From an uncultured Chitinophagaceae bacterium (lineage in GTDB: Bacteria; Bacteroidota; Ignavibacteria; UBA10030; UBA8401), in assembly GCA_964596155.1 (NCBI GenBank), contig CAZQSI010000014.1, forward strand, positions 1 to 52,289: a DNA stretch of 52,289 bases, read 5' to 3'. How positions within the stretch are numbered: position 1 is the first letter of the stretch; each line of letters begins with the position of its first letter. Below are positions 48,265-52,289 of the stretch, one piece after another. Under the pieces are notes generated by a model that ran no database searches, had not been told where the DNA came from, and saw only the letters and a list, made by a program, of their open reading frames with translations. Position numbers and translations under genes: made by a program.

Positions 48265-48960
48265 TTAAAATGATAAAAAAATGAACTGACTTAAACCCGA
48301 TACAATTCCAATTGAAATCAGTGCAACGAAAAGAGCCGTAACATATTTGAACCGATGAACCATGGCAATACCACCTGCCAATAACAACATGCTCCACAGA
48401 GCCAGAAAACCGTCCATTCCCCGCAGCACCATGGTTACGACCGGCTTCACTTCGTATGCCGACGGATTGCCGCTGAATAGAAGCATTCCGAGAGTGCCCA
48501 GTTCCAACGGCAGCACAAACACAACAGAGAACATCACCGGCACCAATGCCCACCCTGCGACTCCGTATGTATTCAGCAAGGAACCTTTGCCGTTGAAGAT
48601 TTTCGAGACAGCGAACAGCGTTCCTGTCAGGATAAAAAATAACGGAAGTGCCGCTGCTGTACCGAGTACCGAACCGAACAACAGAATCGTCAGAAGGTTA
48701 TCAAACCGATCCCCCCGTTGATTCACCCACAGCAATGCGAACAATGCAGCAACACCCAAAAATAACGAAAGAAAAAGAACAAAATTTTTGTGTTCCGCGA
48801 GTATGATTTTTTTCAGTGCCGCTCCTGGAGATTCAATAATCATCCATACGATGCTGAAAAAATCAAGATTAGGAACGCGATCCTGAATGTAACTAGAACA
48901 TGAAGAACATCTGATTAAAAAATCGTCATTTGCATGCCGACACACCGGACAAACTATCAT
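48265..48960 (-). CDS. Yip1-like membrane protein with an N-terminal zinc ribbon
   Basis: CPVC...CSSC, then ESPGAALKKI and five hydrophobic helices. Confidence 0.7.
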   Translation of the reverse strand: MIVCPVCRHANDDFLIRCSSCSSYIQDRVPNLDFFSIVWMIIESPGAALKKIILAEHKNFVLFLSLFLGVAALFALLWVNQRGDRFDNLLTILLFGSVLGTAAALPLFFILTGTLFAVSKIFNGKGSLLNTYGVAGWALVPVMFSVVFVLPLELGTLGMLLFSGNPSAYEVKPVVTMVLRGMDGFLALWSMLLLAGGIAMVHRFKYVTALFVALISIGIVSGLSQFIFLSF

Positions 48961-48969
48961 ATTAGAGTA

Positions 48970-48998
48970 AAAATACGAAGAATTGAGACTGTGTGCAA
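48970..48998 (-). promoter_or_regulatory. Promoter of the Yip1-ABM-hemerythrin genes
   Basis: TTGCAC-N17-TATTTT; the -10 box ends only 9 nt before ATG 48960. Confidence 0.55.
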
Positions 48999-49070
48999 TG
49001 AATTTTGTTAATATTTATCAAATACAATCATCATTGCCGGCATGAACGGAATGAAAGGTTCGAGCTGAGA

Positions 49071-50441
49071 TCAGATCGGTTCAAAGTGCGCGGTGAAATG
49101 CCGAAGCTGAGGCGCTTCATATGTAATCCGGTATCCACGCAATGCAGAGCGGACGGAAGATAATTCGACGGCGCATTCTATCACATAATCAATATGACTT
49201 TGTGTGTAGACTCGTCGTGGAATTGCCAGACGCACCAATTCCATAGTCGGCGAAAGAAGCGCGCCATTCTTGTCATAAGAACCAAACATGACGCTGCCGA
49301 TTTCGACGGACCGAATCCCCCCTATTTTGTACAATTCACAGACCACAGCCTGACCGGGATATTGATGCGGCGGAATATGCGGGAGAAAACTCTTAGCGTC
49401 GATATAAACAGCATGTCCTCCCGGCGGTTGTATGATCGGTATGCCGATATCGGTTAACTTGTTGCCGAGGTATTCAATGGATCGAAGTCTGTACGTTAAG
49501 TAATGCTCATCCAGCACTTCTTCCAGTCCCTGCGCAATCGCTTCCAAATCTCTTCCTGACAAGCCACCATAGGTGGGAAATCCTTCCGTTACAATGAGCA
49601 AATTTCTCGCCTGGACCGACAATGCTTCGTCATTTAATGCAAGAAAGCCTCCCATATTGACGATCGCATCCTTTTTTGCACTCATCGTCACCCCGTCTGC
49701 ATACGAGAACATTTCCTTTGCAATTTCTTTGGGAGTTTTGGATTCATATCCTTTCTCCCTCAATTTTATGAAAAATGCATTCTCTGCAAACCGGCATGCA
49801 TCAAGAAAAAGAGGAATGCCGTATTTTTTCAGCACGGCCTTAGTTTCACGGATATTCTGCATCGATACCGGCTGGCCGCCGCCCGAATTGTTCGTGACGG
49901 TGATAAAACAAACAGGAATTTTTTCCGGTCCGGTGGTGCGGATGAATTCTTCCAGCGCAGGAATATTCATGTTTCCCTTAAAAGGAGCATTAATGTGAGG
50001 TTGTTTACCCTCGTCCGTTAAAAAGTCGACGGCAACGGCACCGGAGAATTCAACATTCGCACGGGTTGTGTCAAAGTGAGTATTGTTGGGAATGTACATT
50101 CCCTTTCCGCCAATGATCGAAAAGAGAATTTTTTCGGCCGCTCTTCCCTGATGCGTCGGAATCACGTTTTTCATTCCGGTGAGTTCCTTCACGGCATGTT
50201 CGAATCTGAAAAAGCTTCTTGCCCCTGCATACGACTCGTCTCCTTCCATCATGCCTGCCCACTGTTTTGCGCTCATCGCAGATGTTCCGCTGTCGGTCAA
50301 CAAATCGATCAGCACATCATCCGCTTTAATCAGAAACGGGTTGTAATGCGCCTGTTCAAGAATATTTATCCGTTCTTCCTTTGTGGTGAAACGGATAGGC
50401 TCTACGGATTTAATTTTAAACGGTTCAATGATTGTTTTCAT
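49071..50441 (-). CDS. tnaA: Tryptophanase (tryptophan indole-lyase)
   Basis: IDLLTDSGT...GDESYAG...THQGRAAE...HFDTTRAN; MSAKKD PLP lysine; C-terminal LRHFTA (His, indole-lyase type); lacks the TPL arginine. Confidence 0.92.
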   Translation of the reverse strand: MKTIIEPFKIKSVEPIRFTTKEERINILEQAHYNPFLIKADDVLIDLLTDSGTSAMSAKQWAGMMEGDESYAGARSFFRFEHAVKELTGMKNVIPTHQGRAAEKILFSIIGGKGMYIPNNTHFDTTRANVEFSGAVAVDFLTDEGKQPHINAPFKGNMNIPALEEFIRTTGPEKIPVCFITVTNNSGGGQPVSMQNIRETKAVLKKYGIPLFLDACRFAENAFFIKLREKGYESKTPKEIAKEMFSYADGVTMSAKKDAIVNMGGFLALNDEALSVQARNLLIVTEGFPTYGGLSGRDLEAIAQGLEEVLDEHYLTYRLRSIEYLGNKLTDIGIPIIQPPGGHAVYIDAKSFLPHIPPHQYPGQAVVCELYKIGGIRSVEIGSVMFGSYDKNGALLSPTMELVRLAIPRRVYTQSHIDYVIECAVELSSVRSALRGYRITYEAPQLRHFTAHFEPI

Positions 50442-50447
50442 CGGCGA

Positions 50448-50969
50448 TTATTCGTTGTGGTATTGCACAAGTGAAGTAATTTCAAATCCTGAAAGTTTTT
50501 TTCGGGGAGAAAGGAACGCCAATTCTATTAGGAATGAAAGTCCCACTATTTCTCCCTGCAGCTGCCGGACGAGGGCGCACGCCGCCTGCATCGTTCCGCC
50601 GGTGGCCAGAACATCGTCATGCATCAACACTGTATCTCCGGGAACAATAGCATCAGTGTGGATTTCTATTGTATCGGTTCCGTATTCCAGCTGATACTCT
50701 TTGGAAATCTTTTGAGCAGGCAGTTTTCCCGGTTTCCGAACGGGGACAAATCCCGCACCGAGATTGTATGCCAGAGCGGATCCGATAATAAATCCTCTCG
50801 ACTCGATGCCGACTACTTTTGTGATTTTTTTATTTTTGTACACTTCGGTGAGATAATCAATGCAAAACCGAAGCGCCTCCGGGTCTTTCAGCACCGTCGT
50901 AATATCTTTGTATCCGATCCCCTTCTTCGGAAAATCCGGGACTGTTCTGACGATCGACTCAATGTTCAT
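50448..50969 (-). CDS. apt: Adenine phosphoribosyltransferase
   Basis: VPDFPKKGIGYKDIT, GIESRGF, VRKPGKLP, LEYGTD and DDVLATGGT motifs. Confidence 0.96.
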   Translation of the reverse strand: MNIESIVRTVPDFPKKGIGYKDITTVLKDPEALRFCIDYLTEVYKNKKITKVVGIESRGFIIGSALAYNLGAGFVPVRKPGKLPAQKISKEYQLEYGTDTIEIHTDAIVPGDTVLMHDDVLATGGTMQAACALVRQLQGEIVGLSFLIELAFLSPRKKLSGFEITSLVQYHNE

Positions 50970-50993
50970 GGTTAATCCTTCTTGTTGGGTAAA

Positions 50994-51022
50994 ATAATAT
51001 CGAAATCGAAGTGAAGATGCAA
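50994..51022 (-). promoter_or_regulatory. Promoter of apt-tnaA
   Basis: TTGCAT-N17-TATTAT, directly downstream of the GSIII terminator; AAGGA ribosome-binding site before apt. Confidence 0.6.
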
Positions 51023-51026
51023 TTTA

Positions 51027-51060
51027 AAACAAAAATCCCTGAAGTTTCCTTCAGGGATTT
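51027..51060 (-). terminator. Intrinsic terminator after glutamine synthetase III
   Basis: 12-bp perfect stem AAATCCCTGAAG-gaaa-CTTCAGGGATTT followed by TTGTTTT. Confidence 0.85.
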
Positions 51061-51083
51061 GCCTCAAGATATAATTCAATCGA

Positions 51084-52289
51084 TTACAAACCGACGATCA
51101 TATCCGAATATTTCGGAACCGGCCAGAGATCATCGGCAACATAGACTTCGAGAGCATCCACGCATGCACGCAGCGCTTCGGTTTGCTTCCTGATTGAAAG
51201 AAACGCAGGACCTTTTTTCTGAATGTTTTCCACTTTGCGTCCTTCTTCCAGTGCTTTGCCGAGCAGCGTTGCCTCCGCCTGTAATTTCGCAACAAGCGTT
51301 GAGAGCGTCTTCAGTACTGCCGTCAAGGATTTCACCCCTTTATCGCCTTTGCCGACGGTGGATTTCAGTCCGTTCACCGTTTGCGATAATTCCGTGATGT
51401 AATTGGTTGCGGCCGGGAAATACATCGTCAACGCCATGTCCTTGGCAACTTGAGCTTCGATCTCAACCTGCTTCGCATAGTTTTCAATATCGATATGGTA
51501 CACCGCCTCCAACTCGCGGGGATTGTACACTTTATATTTTGTGAAGAGATGTTCCGCTTCTTTCGTCAGATACGCCGCAAGAGCTTCGGGAGCAGCTTTT
51601 AAGTTCGGCAGTCCCCGTTTCGCCGCTTCCTTATGCCATGATTCCGAGTAGCCGTCTCCGCTGAACAATACCTTTTTGGAGTCGGCAATCTCTTTTCTGA
51701 GGACATCCACGACTGCGGTGGTAAAATCCGATCCGCCGCTCACAAGTTTTTCTATGGATTCACGGATCTCATCAAGCGATTGAGCCATCGCGGTGTTCAG
51801 CACGGTGATAGGAGTAGACGGCGATTGACTCGAACCGACGGCTCTGAATTCAAATTTATTTCCGGTAAACGCAAACGGCGATGTCCGATTGCGGTCCGTA
51901 TTATCTTTTGGAATCTCAGGAATCTTGTCGATGCCGATCGAAATCCAGCCGTCATCGGTATCCGACGTGACGCGGCCATGTTCAAGATCGTCAAGCACGC
52001 TCGTCAGCAAGCCGCCGAGAAATACTGAGATAATCGCCGGGGGAGCTTCGTTGGCTCCGAGCCGATGATCGTTATGTGCGGAAGCAATGGATGCCCTCAG
52101 CAGCCGTGAATGCTTATGCACAGCACGGATTGTGGAGACAAGAAACACAAGAAATTGCAGATTTGAATGAGGGGTCCTTCCGGGATTCAGAAGATTTTCA
52201 CCCTTATCCGTCGCCAATGCCCAGTTGCTGTGCTTACCGCTGCCGTTCACTGCGGCAAACGGTTTTTCATGAAGCAGCACGGCGAGATT
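51084..52289 (-). CDS. Glutamine synthetase type III, 5' part outside the window
   Basis: LLHEKPFAAVNGSGKH, RLGANEAPPAIISVFLG and DRNRTSPFAFTGNKFEFRAVGSSQ motifs; the frame is open to the window edge. Confidence 0.95.
   Translation of the reverse strand, partial: NLAVLLHEKPFAAVNGSGKHSNWALATDKGENLLNPGRTPHSNLQFLVFLVSTIRAVHKHSRLLRASIASAHNDHRLGANEAPPAIISVFLGGLLTSVLDDLEHGRVTSDTDDGWISIGIDKIPEIPKDNTDRNRTSPFAFTGNKFEFRAVGSSQSPSTPITVLNTAMAQSLDEIRESIEKLVSGGSDFTTAVVDVLRKEIADSKKVLFSGDGYSESWHKEAAKRGLPNLKAAPEALAAYLTKEAEHLFTKYKVYNPRELEAVYHIDIENYAKQVEIEAQVAKDMALTMYFPAATNYITELSQTVNGLKSTVGKGDKGVKSLTAVLKTLSTLVAKLQAEATLLGKALEEGRKVENIQKKGPAFLSIRKQTEALRACVDALEVYVADDLWPVPKYSDMIVGL

Overview
A chromosomal window of about 52 kb from a bacterium that looks like Bacteroidota sensu lato (Ignavibacteria-like). 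This assignment is inferred from T9SS-type 'QN(Y/F)PNPFN' C-terminal sorting domains, a type III glutamine synthetase, and promoters with partial Bacteroidota character. The left part is core genome: partial aroA, the rimP-nusA-infB-rbfA-truB-ribF-rpsO-pnp operon, a large outer-membrane protein and tRNA-Leu. The middle is an envelope/accessory block: a Tat-exported glycosylasparaginase with a secreted ChbG-like deacetylase, four T9SS-CTD secreted proteins (two are 1.1-kaa paralogs), a TonB-dependent receptor preceded by a PPP-ending leader-like ORF, and glcD/glcF. The right part holds tyrosine phenol-lyase, nth, tRNA-Lys, secG, a nucleoside-salvage cluster (tdk-nupC-PNP), heme O/A synthesis genes, a PD40-M28 peptidase fusion, tryptophanase, apt and a partial GSIII. 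The clearest structural anomaly is a 640-bp element at 41484-42123: a RAYT-type HUH (Y1) nuclease gene bracketed by two near-identical perfect GTAG palindromes whose one arm difference is compensated on the partner arm. No CRISPR array, rRNA, integrase or prophage was seen. All family assignments come from motif recognition by eye; no database search was run.
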